DNA of 64,000 nt from an uncultured Prevotellaceae bacterium (GTDB lineage Bacteria; Bacteroidota; Bacteroidia; Bacteroidales; Bacteroidaceae), in contig CACXTX010000030.1 in assembly GCA_902770635.1 (NCBI GenBank), positions 2,467 through 66,466 of the forward strand, read 5' to 3'. The notes beneath the pieces were generated by a model that was not told where the DNA came from, did no database searches, and worked only from the letters and a program-made list of their open reading frames with translations. Positions 48,441 through 57,528 of the stretch are shown in pieces; position 1 is the first letter of the stretch; each line of letters begins with the position of its first letter. The position numbers and the translations under genes were made by a program.

Positions 48441-48458
48441 AGCATCGAGGTATTTTCG

Positions 48459-48743
48459 TCAGTCAACCATCATCACCATACCGGTCTCTTCAAGCTTACC
48501 TCCACATTTTGGGCATTTTCCTTTTCTTGGATTCCATAATTCAAGCTTTTCAGAACCACATTCAGGACATTTTATCTTTTCAGCTTTCTCACCAAGAGGA
48601 AATGTCAGAACGTCAACAATCTCACGACACCCCTTGCACAGGTATGTGTACACTTCACCAGCCATCATTAAGTCATGTCCTTTTGGATTAGCCTCTACGG
48701 TATAACCGCAATGTTTGCATTGATATTGTTTGTAAGTAGCCAT
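48459..48743 (-). CDS. Small zinc-ribbon protein (four CxxC)
   Basis: CKHC, CKGC, CPEC, CPKC in 94 aa; starts 7 bp after the RM gene stop. Confidence 0.75.
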   Translation of the reverse strand: MATYKQYQCKHCGYTVEANPKGHDLMMAGEVYTYLCKGCREIVDVLTFPLGEKAEKIKCPECGSEKLELWNPRKGKCPKCGGKLEETGMVMMVD

Positions 48744-48750
48744 ACTCTAT

Positions 48751-51700
48751 TTAATTGTTTAATACGATTTCACGTTCTTCTGGTGTTAAGCCATAGAGGT
48801 CGAACACCTTGTTGTCTATCTCGTTGTCTGTAGCCTTTATCTGCTCTGAGAGTTCTTGGCAGGCTTGGCGATATTGGTTAAAGTAGTCTTCCCACTCGTC
48901 TTGCTGAACCAGTGTGAGTTTTATCTTCTGTTTCTTCAGTTCTGCCACGAAGCCCTTGAAGTCTAACTGGTCAAATGACTGCAAAGCTGTTGTTATTTTG
49001 ATGCTCTCAAAGTTCTCACTCAGACGATGGAGGAAACGAGTGCGTTTCTCTTGAAGCTGGGAGTTGAGGGAAAGCATCGTATCGGCGAGTGTAATGAAAG
49101 GTAGTTGGGATTCCTTAGGAATAACCTTTATTGGAAACAGCCTTAAATCATTTAGGATAATCTTGGGAAATAGTTTTCTCTCAGCTTTTGCTGTATTCTT
49201 TTTAAAATAGAAAGAGAGCAAAGAACTATTTAGAAGTACAAGAATATATTTAAGACTAACATTCTGTCCTTCTCGCTTTACTACAGCAATATTACTGCGA
49301 TTATATAAATAGGTATCTTCTGTATAGACAGCATTTAAGCAATGAGGAAACTCACTTGTAATCTCGCGAACAATTATCTTTTCATCAGTAAATAAGTTTA
49401 ATGTCCTTGGGGCTGCAAGATGATTCCCATACCAGAGCCATTGCCCTGTCCAATTAACAGCGTATCTCAACACATTGCTTCCATCAAGGTACTTATACGT
49501 GTCTTCATTAAACTGATAAGTATAATCATAGGGGCGAGACTTCACATCTTCTGCACTTTGCTTTGGTATTCCTTTGCCTTTTTCGTAAGCTTGAAGTCCT
49601 GCTTTTACACAAGCTACTTCATCAAGGTCTCGACATCCCTCTCTTAATTTCTCAGTTAATGATTCACTTAAGTCATCTTGAAATACAAGAAACTCATAAC
49701 CGGGATTATGCGAAAAAACATTTTGCTTTTTGTAATGAAGAAAATCAAATGAACTACTTTTTTCGTCTGTTTTTAAGATTTCAATTGTATGGTTTGTGTC
49801 TGCAACACTTTTCTTCATAATGGAAATAACAGTTTCGACATTTGCATCTTCAAATGATTTTCCATACAAATTAACAATTTTATCCACAGAAGCCCTTTCA
49901 ATGAAGATTTTACGTAAGGCTTCTCCAGAATATGTCATTAGCCATGAGTTTGGGACGATAAGACCAATAATGCCATCCTTTTTCGCGAGCAGTAATGATT
50001 GCTCCATGAAGATAATATATGTGTTTACTTGGTACTTAGCAGACTCATAGACTTGTGAATAATAGGCTTTATCTTCTTCAGAGACTTTTTCTCTTGCAAA
50101 TACATACGGCGGATTACCAATCACCACATCGAAGCCTCCTTTTTCGAATACCTTGGGGAATTGCTCTTGCCAGTTGAAGGCTTTTTCGCCAGCAATAGCA
50201 GGATCGCTAATCAGCGAGTTTCCACATTTGATATTCTCATTGAGTGAGTTCAGCTTACGATGTGGTTTGGCTGTACGTAGCCACAGCGCTAACTGGGCTA
50301 TCTCAACACTTTCTTCATTGATGTCAACACCATAGAGGTTATGCTCTAAGATGCTGTTCTCCACATCCTGGAATACAATAGCAGAACCTGCTACCTTTGC
50401 CTCCATCTCATCTATCAGTTTATGCTCTGCCATCAAAAACTGCAAGGCAGCATTTAGGAAAGCTCCACTACCACAGGCAGGATCGAGAATCGTAATCTGG
50501 AGCAACCAATCACGATATTGTTGCAACTGATCCAATAAACGCTTCTTGGTTTGCAGCTGGCGACGTTGATCTGAGAAATATTCATCCTCAACGATATTTA
50601 GCTGCTGTTTATTTTCAGCACAAAGACGCCCAACGGTATTCTCCACAATGTATTTTGTGATATACTGAGGCGTATAGAACACACCGTCCTGCTTACGCTT
50701 CGAGGTTTGGGGAGTCTCGCCACTATTGATTTGCTGAGTAACCTCTTCAATCTCTGAAAGCGAGTTCTCAAAGATATGCCCCAAGATGTTCACATCCACA
50801 TCGCTCTCAAAGTCGTATTCTGACAGTTTGCGAGTGTGTGCAACCAAAAGGTCGTCGCTAATCTTGATATTGTCCAGTACTTCATCAGGCTTAAATAGTC
50901 CACCGTTATAGGCAAATATCTCATACTTCTTGCCCTGATAGCCAGTGTTCATGTAGCCGAAGTACTTCTTTACTCTGTCGTAGAAAGGCCGATATTCGTC
51001 CATCTCCTTGAGGCTCTCCCACTGGTCAATAATCTGCACCATCGAATTGGGAGGCAGAAGTCCACAATCCTCAGCAAAGAAGATAAACAGCAGACGGTCA
51101 AGCAGTTTCTGGGTCTTCTTAAAAAGAAGCAGTTGCCATTCTTTTTCATCCTTGTCTTCTGGAGTTGGATTTAGTTTCAAGATGTTGGCAAAGAGTACTC
51201 GCTTGAACTGCGAATAGTCTTTATAAAGTGCCTTGGTAATCTGGTCTTCACTCGACACAGACTCCTGTTTCATCTGCAAAGCCACACCTCGCTCAACCTG
51301 CTTCCAAGCGAGGCAGAGAAATAGTTCTCGGAAGTCTTCTTCCGCCAGATGAAACAGGTTCCATTCGCGATATTCTACAGCATTGTCTATATAGAGACGA
51401 AGTTTCTCGAAATTAGAAATAACAACATAGCGTGCATCAGGATGCTGGCTTTTGTAGTTGAAGGCCTGCGGCTCCACTTTAGAAAGGTCTGTGGTCTTAT
51501 GGTCTTTCAGCTCAATCACACCAATCACCTTACCGTCTTTCTGAATAGCACCATCAGCTTTCTTCGAGTTTGTCTCATTCTTTTTCTCTGTAATCAAGTT
51601 GAAGTTAGGCGAAGGGTTTAGCGTATAGCCTAACACCTTCACAAACAATTCGCGAAGGAAACCTTCCTGGAATTGTTCTTCTTTCGATTGCTGAATATTG

Positions 51701-51813
51701 GCTTGTATCTGTGCATCAAGAAAATAAGCCTGAAATTGTTTCCAAGCCACAATGACAATTTCTTCATCAATCAGACCCAAGTATTTCTTGAGAATAGTTT
51801 TCTGAAGTAGCAT
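48751..51813 (-). CDS. Type IIG (Eco57I/TaqI-like) restriction endonuclease-N6-adenine methyltransferase fusion
   Basis: N-terminal PD-(D/E)xK-like ADGAI...IELK, GVFYTP, LDPACGSGAFL (motif I), GNPPY (motif IV), C-terminal TRD-like region. Start set to MLLQK at 51813. Confidence 0.88.
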   Translation of the reverse strand: MLLQKTILKKYLGLIDEEIVIVAWKQFQAYFLDAQIQANIQQSKEEQFQEGFLRELFVKVLGYTLNPSPNFNLITEKKNETNSKKADGAIQKDGKVIGVIELKDHKTTDLSKVEPQAFNYKSQHPDARYVVISNFEKLRLYIDNAVEYREWNLFHLAEEDFRELFLCLAWKQVERGVALQMKQESVSSEDQITKALYKDYSQFKRVLFANILKLNPTPEDKDEKEWQLLLFKKTQKLLDRLLFIFFAEDCGLLPPNSMVQIIDQWESLKEMDEYRPFYDRVKKYFGYMNTGYQGKKYEIFAYNGGLFKPDEVLDNIKISDDLLVAHTRKLSEYDFESDVDVNILGHIFENSLSEIEEVTQQINSGETPQTSKRKQDGVFYTPQYITKYIVENTVGRLCAENKQQLNIVEDEYFSDQRRQLQTKKRLLDQLQQYRDWLLQITILDPACGSGAFLNAALQFLMAEHKLIDEMEAKVAGSAIVFQDVENSILEHNLYGVDINEESVEIAQLALWLRTAKPHRKLNSLNENIKCGNSLISDPAIAGEKAFNWQEQFPKVFEKGGFDVVIGNPPYVFAREKVSEEDKAYYSQVYESAKYQVNTYIIFMEQSLLLAKKDGIIGLIVPNSWLMTYSGEALRKIFIERASVDKIVNLYGKSFEDANVETVISIMKKSVADTNHTIEILKTDEKSSSFDFLHYKKQNVFSHNPGYEFLVFQDDLSESLTEKLREGCRDLDEVACVKAGLQAYEKGKGIPKQSAEDVKSRPYDYTYQFNEDTYKYLDGSNVLRYAVNWTGQWLWYGNHLAAPRTLNLFTDEKIIVREITSEFPHCLNAVYTEDTYLYNRSNIAVVKREGQNVSLKYILVLLNSSLLSFYFKKNTAKAERKLFPKIILNDLRLFPIKVIPKESQLPFITLADTMLSLNSQLQEKRTRFLHRLSENFESIKITTALQSFDQLDFKGFVAELKKQKIKLTLVQQDEWEDYFNQYRQACQELSEQIKATDNEIDNKVFDLYGLTPEEREIVLNN

Positions 51814-51874
51814 AGTAATATTCGGTTTTAGCGCACTCACTGACTTATCGGGCTTTGTAACGGACAAAACCAAC

Positions 51875-52110
51875 GGGACCTCAGAACATAGAAAAGGCGT
51901 GAACCGCCTTATCTACATCTTGAGGCCCTAGGATTGCCCGAATTACCAGATAAGTCATGTCCACACCCTAAGGTGCAGAACTAGAGACTATTTTGGTAAT
52001 TCATATCATTGAAATTTCCTAGGTTTCAAGATGTACCGAATAATCAGCTAATGCTGTTATTGTTTTTACCCACAAAAATCGCTCCGCTCGGCTTGCACTC
52101 AAGCCATTGT
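51875..52110 (-). ncRNA. Candidate structured 5' leader RNA of the RM operon
   Basis: Nested perfect arms 51914-51923/52026-52035, 51927-51933/52017-52023 and 51940-51948/51994-52002, plus hairpins at 51894-51910 and 52090-52105. TACTTTTG promoter box at 52126-52133. Confidence 0.5.
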
Positions 52111-52425
52111 GAACAAAGCTTGTTGCAAAAGTACAAAAATAAAATGATATACAAATGTTTTTCACTAAAAAATCTACGAGAATTGGGTAAAAGGGGTATT
52201 TCAGAAGGGCAATGAAAATCGGAACACTGGTACACGTGAATTGTCTTTTGAATGTATATTTTTGCTAGATAAAACGGCAAAAAGAAGGGGTAATTGATTC
52301 TGATTAGAAAAAAAAAACTCATAAAAGTTTGGAAGTTATTGAAAAACAATGTATTTTTGCAAAATGAATGTCGTATGACATTTGACATCAGAGAGAATAA
52401 TTTAAGGACTTAATTCCAAAAGCTT

Positions 52426-53427
52426 ATGAAAAAGAAAAGTATTATCTTATGTTCGCTGGTAGCAATATGCGCCATCGGATTGATTACCTCCCTCTATGTT
52501 GATTGGCCGGTAGATTTCAGCAAGTCAGATGGCGACATTGCCAAGGCTGCTAAATTCTCTCGTGAAGAAGTTTCTAAGGACCTTTCTAATATGGAAGAGC
52601 TCCTTAAGACCGATTCAGCATTTAAGGATGGTATTGTGGTAGCCCAGGTGGTGATGCAGACACGCACCGTCCAGTTCGGCACGCTGGTTAACTTGTCAAA
52701 TGAGGTAGCAGGCAACATCCCTGCATTTGCCGAGGTGCTCAAGGAGATGAATGCCAAGCGTGAGATGGTGGACAACGTTGCCAGTTCGCTGGCAGAGTCA
52801 GCCGACAACCTGAATGCAGCCCTGAGTGGTGAAGAGTGTCCCGACCTGGCCCAGTCCTCCATCAACGCCTCACTGGCTTACATGACGCTGCAGAAGCAGA
52901 ACAACTTGGCAACCCGTTTCATTGAGACCACCGACAAGTATTTGGAGACAGCCCAGGGTGATGACAAACTGAAGCTTGTCCGCGACCAGTGGCTGGAGTA
53001 CCAGAAGACGACTGCTGCCATCGAGGGTGATAAGGCAAGTGCTGAAGCTTTGGCCAAGAAGAGTTACCTGCTTAGTGGCGAAAAGGCTCTTGCAGCTGTG
53101 GAAAATCTTGACCTTAATGCCAAGGTCGCTTTGCTGCAAAGCTGCGAGATGGCCCAGAGGATAAAAGTTCCCAGCCAGATTAGAAGCGACATTTCGTCAA
53201 AGGCACTCGAAAAAGCCCAAAAGCTCTTTAGTGTTCAGGATGTTGTTCTTTCCGCTAAACCACCTAAGAAGGAAAAATATAATGCGATGATAGGTAGCGC
53301 CAGCAGGGTTATGGCGGCTTACAGCAACGCGCTGAATAATGTCGTTAATAATCCTGCCCTGAATCAGAGCCAGAATATCGGCCTCGACCAAACGATTGGC
53401 TACATCAGCAGCATTAAACAACAGTGA
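52426..53427 (+). CDS. Hypothetical exported/membrane-anchored helical protein
   Basis: Basic N-terminus plus hydrophobic segment; TATTTTTG box at 52352-52359. Confidence 0.75.
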   Translation: MKKKSIILCSLVAICAIGLITSLYVDWPVDFSKSDGDIAKAAKFSREEVSKDLSNMEELLKTDSAFKDGIVVAQVVMQTRTVQFGTLVNLSNEVAGNIPAFAEVLKEMNAKREMVDNVASSLAESADNLNAALSGEECPDLAQSSINASLAYMTLQKQNNLATRFIETTDKYLETAQGDDKLKLVRDQWLEYQKTTAAIEGDKASAEALAKKSYLLSGEKALAAVENLDLNAKVALLQSCEMAQRIKVPSQIRSDISSKALEKAQKLFSVQDVVLSAKPPKKEKYNAMIGSASRVMAAYSNALNNVVNNPALNQSQNIGLDQTIGYISSIKQQ

Positions 53428-53481
53428 AATGCTGAACAAAAAGAAGCCCAATGGCCCCCCTAAAGAAAAATAATCATAGAG

Positions 53482-56478
53482 TTGTATATGCGTAACTGGA
53501 TTGCTGTCATTCTATTGTCGATGATTCCCTGTATATCCAGGGGGCAGACGCAGACCTATTACCAGTATAAGACGGACGAAGTCACGCTGGTGTTCTTTGA
53601 CAAGAACCTGTCGCGCTACATCCCTCACATGATACGCATGTACCAGAACGGCAAAGCGCTTCATGAGCAGATATGGACCAGTGATTCTATCTATCAGCCA
53701 GAAGCACCCTTGCTGTTATTGACAGACTGGGAGGACGACGGTAATGGCGGAGCAACGCCATTACCGCGTTCTCTTATACAGATCGGCATGGCTCCGTTGA
53801 ACATGTCGTATTATATCAACCCTTCAAGTGAACGATACCGTCAGTTGTTCAAGCACGAATATACGCACACCGTCATGACTGACAAGTACAATCGGCGCGA
53901 CCTCAACTGGCGTCGTTTTTTTGGTACTAAGGTGGACACCGACAAGTCTCAGCCCATCTCTGCCCTATGGAGCTACCTGAGCGTGCCCCGTTGGTATGCA
54001 CCTCGATGGTACCACGAGGGCATCGCCTGTTTCATGGAAACCTGGCTCGACGGTGGCGTCGGACGTGCCTTAGGTGGCTACGACGAGATGTACTTCCGCA
54101 GTATCATTGACGAGGGCGACAAGCTCTACTCGGTAGTGGGGCTGGAGACGGAAGGTTCGACGATGGACTTCCAGGTGGGCGCCAATGCCTATCTATATGG
54201 TACCCGTTTCGTGAACTACCTCACCAAGACCTACGGCTACGAGAAGATGATCCAGTTCTACAACCGTACAGCCGATAGCAAGACGTTCTTCGGCAAACAG
54301 TTTAAGAAGGTCTATGGACAGTCGCTCAGAAAAGTATGGAACGACTGGAAGGAGGACGAGAAGCAGCATCAGGAAGAGAACCTTGCTGCCATCCGCCAAT
54401 ATCCCATCACAGAAACCAAACCGCTGACCAAGGATCCGCTGGGTTCTGTGTCACCATTCGTCTATGACCCTGCCACCCAAAAGGCTTATGCCGCCATGAA
54501 TGCTCCCGGCGATTTTGCACACATGACGGAGATAGACCTGCAGACAGGCGAGCAGAAGCGGCTGAACGACATCTACGGCATCCAGCTCTATGACCCTGCT
54601 TACGTAGCACTCGACCGTAAGGGCCAGCGCCTCATCTATACGTCGAACAATTCGAAGATGCGTGGTTTGGAAATCTATGACATCCAGCAGAAGAAGGTGG
54701 TGAAGAAAAAAAAGTTCCAGCGCATCGGCAGTATCGTGTATGACAATACTCACGACTGTCTCTACGGTCTGTTCTCCAACCGCGGTACACAGTCGATTGT
54801 GCGTATGGACCGAGATTTGGAGAATCCGGAAGTAATCTACGCCTTTCCGTTTGGTGTGAGTGTGTTCGACACGGACATCAGTCACGACGGCAAATGGCTG
54901 TCGTTCACCAGCCAAGGCGACAACGGCGAGCACACACTTTTGCTGTTTAATACCGAGGAACTGGCTAAGGCCATCTTCAAGCCCGTGAAACTGATAACTT
55001 GGAAAGACAGCAACTTAGGACAGTTCCGCTTCTCGCTCGATGACAAGTATCTGATTGGTAGCTCTTACTATACTGGCGTCTCCAACCTCTGGCAGATCAA
55101 CATAGAGACACGCGAGATGGAGATGCTTACCAATACCGACATCGGCCTCTTTGCACCCTTGGAGATTACGCCAGGACAGCTGCTGGCGCTCCAGTTCAAG
55201 CGCGACGGACTGCAACCCGTACTGCTCTCCCGCGAGGTGGTGAAGGATGCCAATGCCGTGAAGCTATACGGCCAGATTGCCTATGAGAACAACAGGGAGG
55301 CAATGGATCAGGTCGGGCTGCTCAGAAGCCCACTGCCCAGAAAGAACTTTGGCGATGTATATAACAACATCACATCCTACAATGTCTTGAAAGAGATGAG
55401 GTTCGCAGGAGCCTACCCTATCATCAGCGGTTTTACCGATTCCAAAGCCTGGAATCACATGACCCCTGTTTTAGGCTATCATTTCAACGTGAACGACCCC
55501 GTAGGACTGAGCAGCATGAAAATGTCTGTCGGCCTCTCCCCTTGGAGCAACAACGCCTGGAAGAACAAATTCCATGTTGACTTCGATTGGAAATACTACT
55601 TCTGGAACCTCAAGGCCGCCTGGAACCATACTGACTTCTACGACCTCTTCGGTCCGATGCGCAAAAGCCGTAAGGGTTATGTGGTGCAATTGGCCTACGA
55701 CTACACCAATACATTGATTACGCCGTATAACAAATCATGGGGCTTCTCAGTGGCTGCCTATGGCGACATGGATGCACTGCCTTTGTATCAGGAGATTGAG
55801 GTGCAGGATGTCAGGTCGATGCAGACGGCATCGGTTTACGGAAAGTGGGCAAAGACCCGCACCTCGTTGGGTGGTGTGATGAAAGAGCAGGGCTACGAGT
55901 TAGGCATTGAAGGCTACGGCTATCTGGCCGGCGGACGGGTTTATCCCTCTGTAGAAGCTACAGGTAACTTCGGCACATTGGTGCCTTTTGACAGAAACAC
56001 CTCGTTCTGGCTCCGTACGGCAGCAGGACACAACTTTGGTGATGATGAGTCGGTGTTTGGCACTACCTATTTCGGTGGTTTCCGCAATAACTATGTTGAC
56101 AATAGGAATGCCTTCCAATATCGTACGACCTTGGCAATGCCCGGTGCTGCCATCGATGCTATCCCAGCACACTCCTTTGCCAAGGCGACGGCAGAGCTCA
56201 ACCTGCGCCCCCTCCGACTGAATAACTTCGGTGCCCTGTTCTGCTATCCGACGTGGATTCAGTGCTCACTCTTCGGAACAGGGCTCTCCACCTGGAATCC
56301 CAACGCATCTCACAAGATGTACTACAGCACAGGTATCCAGTTGACCACCGAACTGGTGTTCCTGAATTATCTCAAGACAACGCTGTCTATTGGTTACGGC
56401 CACCTGTTTGCACCAGCAGGATTCGATGGTGGAAAACGTGGAAATAATGAATTTATGATCTCACTCAAATTGTTGTAA
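53482..56478 (+). CDS. Large outer-membrane-type protein: gluzincin-like domain + beta-propeller-like repeats + probable beta-barrel
   Basis: Signal peptide, HEYTH plus downstream WYHEGIA, TolB-like repeats (DISHDGKWLSF, FSLDDKYL), and amphipathic beta-strand-rich C-terminal half. Confidence 0.7.
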   Translation: MYMRNWIAVILLSMIPCISRGQTQTYYQYKTDEVTLVFFDKNLSRYIPHMIRMYQNGKALHEQIWTSDSIYQPEAPLLLLTDWEDDGNGGATPLPRSLIQIGMAPLNMSYYINPSSERYRQLFKHEYTHTVMTDKYNRRDLNWRRFFGTKVDTDKSQPISALWSYLSVPRWYAPRWYHEGIACFMETWLDGGVGRALGGYDEMYFRSIIDEGDKLYSVVGLETEGSTMDFQVGANAYLYGTRFVNYLTKTYGYEKMIQFYNRTADSKTFFGKQFKKVYGQSLRKVWNDWKEDEKQHQEENLAAIRQYPITETKPLTKDPLGSVSPFVYDPATQKAYAAMNAPGDFAHMTEIDLQTGEQKRLNDIYGIQLYDPAYVALDRKGQRLIYTSNNSKMRGLEIYDIQQKKVVKKKKFQRIGSIVYDNTHDCLYGLFSNRGTQSIVRMDRDLENPEVIYAFPFGVSVFDTDISHDGKWLSFTSQGDNGEHTLLLFNTEELAKAIFKPVKLITWKDSNLGQFRFSLDDKYLIGSSYYTGVSNLWQINIETREMEMLTNTDIGLFAPLEITPGQLLALQFKRDGLQPVLLSREVVKDANAVKLYGQIAYENNREAMDQVGLLRSPLPRKNFGDVYNNITSYNVLKEMRFAGAYPIISGFTDSKAWNHMTPVLGYHFNVNDPVGLSSMKMSVGLSPWSNNAWKNKFHVDFDWKYYFWNLKAAWNHTDFYDLFGPMRKSRKGYVVQLAYDYTNTLITPYNKSWGFSVAAYGDMDALPLYQEIEVQDVRSMQTASVYGKWAKTRTSLGGVMKEQGYELGIEGYGYLAGGRVYPSVEATGNFGTLVPFDRNTSFWLRTAAGHNFGDDESVFGTTYFGGFRNNYVDNRNAFQYRTTLAMPGAAIDAIPAHSFAKATAELNLRPLRLNNFGALFCYPTWIQCSLFGTGLSTWNPNASHKMYYSTGIQLTTELVFLNYLKTTLSIGYGHLFAPAGFDGGKRGNNEFMISLKLL

Positions 56479-57462
56479 TGTTATTTGTCGCTGCCCTACT
56501 CCCTGTTATCATCTACATCTTTATGGTCTATAAGATTGACAATTTCTCACTCATCAGCATCAAGAACCTCCTCTTGCAGGTGACGTGCGGCATGGTGGCG
56601 GCATTGGTTTGCTTCGGCCTGTTCCAGTTAACTGGGTCTATCCTCTCCGAAGACCAGTCTGAATTCTTCAATCCTGTTTTGGAAGAAATCATCAAGGCCA
56701 TCCCACTCCTTTGGTTAGCTACCCGAAAGAAGATTGTATTCTTCATCGACAGTATCATCTGCGGTGCTGCCGTAGGTGGTGGATTCTCCATCCTTGAGAA
56801 CATCTTCTACCTGGTGTTTGGCAATGAGATGGGCATTGGCACCATACTGTTCCGAGGTTTGGAGGTGGCATTGATCCACATGGGTTGCAGTGCCATTGTC
56901 GCTGCTGGACTCATGCTGGCATTTCGTATCATTGAACGTTCCCGTTCTCGACTAAGCATCAAAAAGAGCGATATTGGAATGTCTATATTTCTGTTATTGG
57001 AAGCCCCTGTGCTGCACGTGTTCCACAATACCATCCATTTCGTGCCGCTGGTGCAGTTCATTTTCGTATTCGGCACCTTGAGCGGGCTTCTGATGTGGAC
57101 ATATTACTACGATGTAGATATGATTCACCGTTGGCTTGACAAAGGTCTCGACAAACAGTTCGCTTTGCTTGACTCCATCAAGAGCGGTCAGCTGGACAAT
57201 ACCACAACAGGCAGGTTCTTGTTATCTGTCAAAGAGAAATTTCCGCCAGAGGACTTTTTCGACATTATCTGTTATGCTGGTGAAAGATCTTCCTTTGACG
57301 GAGGAAAATAAGACGTTAATCCTCTCTCAATATGAAGAATACAAAATTCTTGAGCAGAAATTAGGGAAGGTGGCTAGAATGACCATTGCCCCCATCGTGA
57401 AATATTATCCTGCTGATTATAAAGCACTAGAAGCCCTTCGGGCTGAATGCAAGAAGAATTGA
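56478..57462 (+). pseudogene. prsW: PrsW-family intramembrane metalloprotease, apparently frameshifted near 57276
   Basis: PVLEEIIKA, GFSILEN and IHMG motifs. The main frame stops at 57311, while a protein-like tail (DLPLTEENKTLILSQYEEY...ECKKN) continues in the +1 frame to 57462. Confidence 0.6.
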
Positions 57463-57528
57463 AATCCCCAAACATTTGGTATTTTGCTCGCTTATTCGTA
57501 CCTTTGCAACCATAATAACAAATAAATC

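Larger units (their letters stand above)
45100..52300. other. Accessory/defence-type island (two TA-like pairs, RM operon, repeat-rich spacers)
   Basis: Cluster of short TA-like genes, a type IIG RM gene and repeat arrays between housekeeping genes. Boundaries are approximate; no integrase was seen. Confidence 0.5.

Noticed and set aside
45100-52300. Calling the island a prophage, ICE or integron
   Set aside because: No integrase, transposase, relaxase or phage structural gene was recognised, and no convincing attC-type sites were seen.
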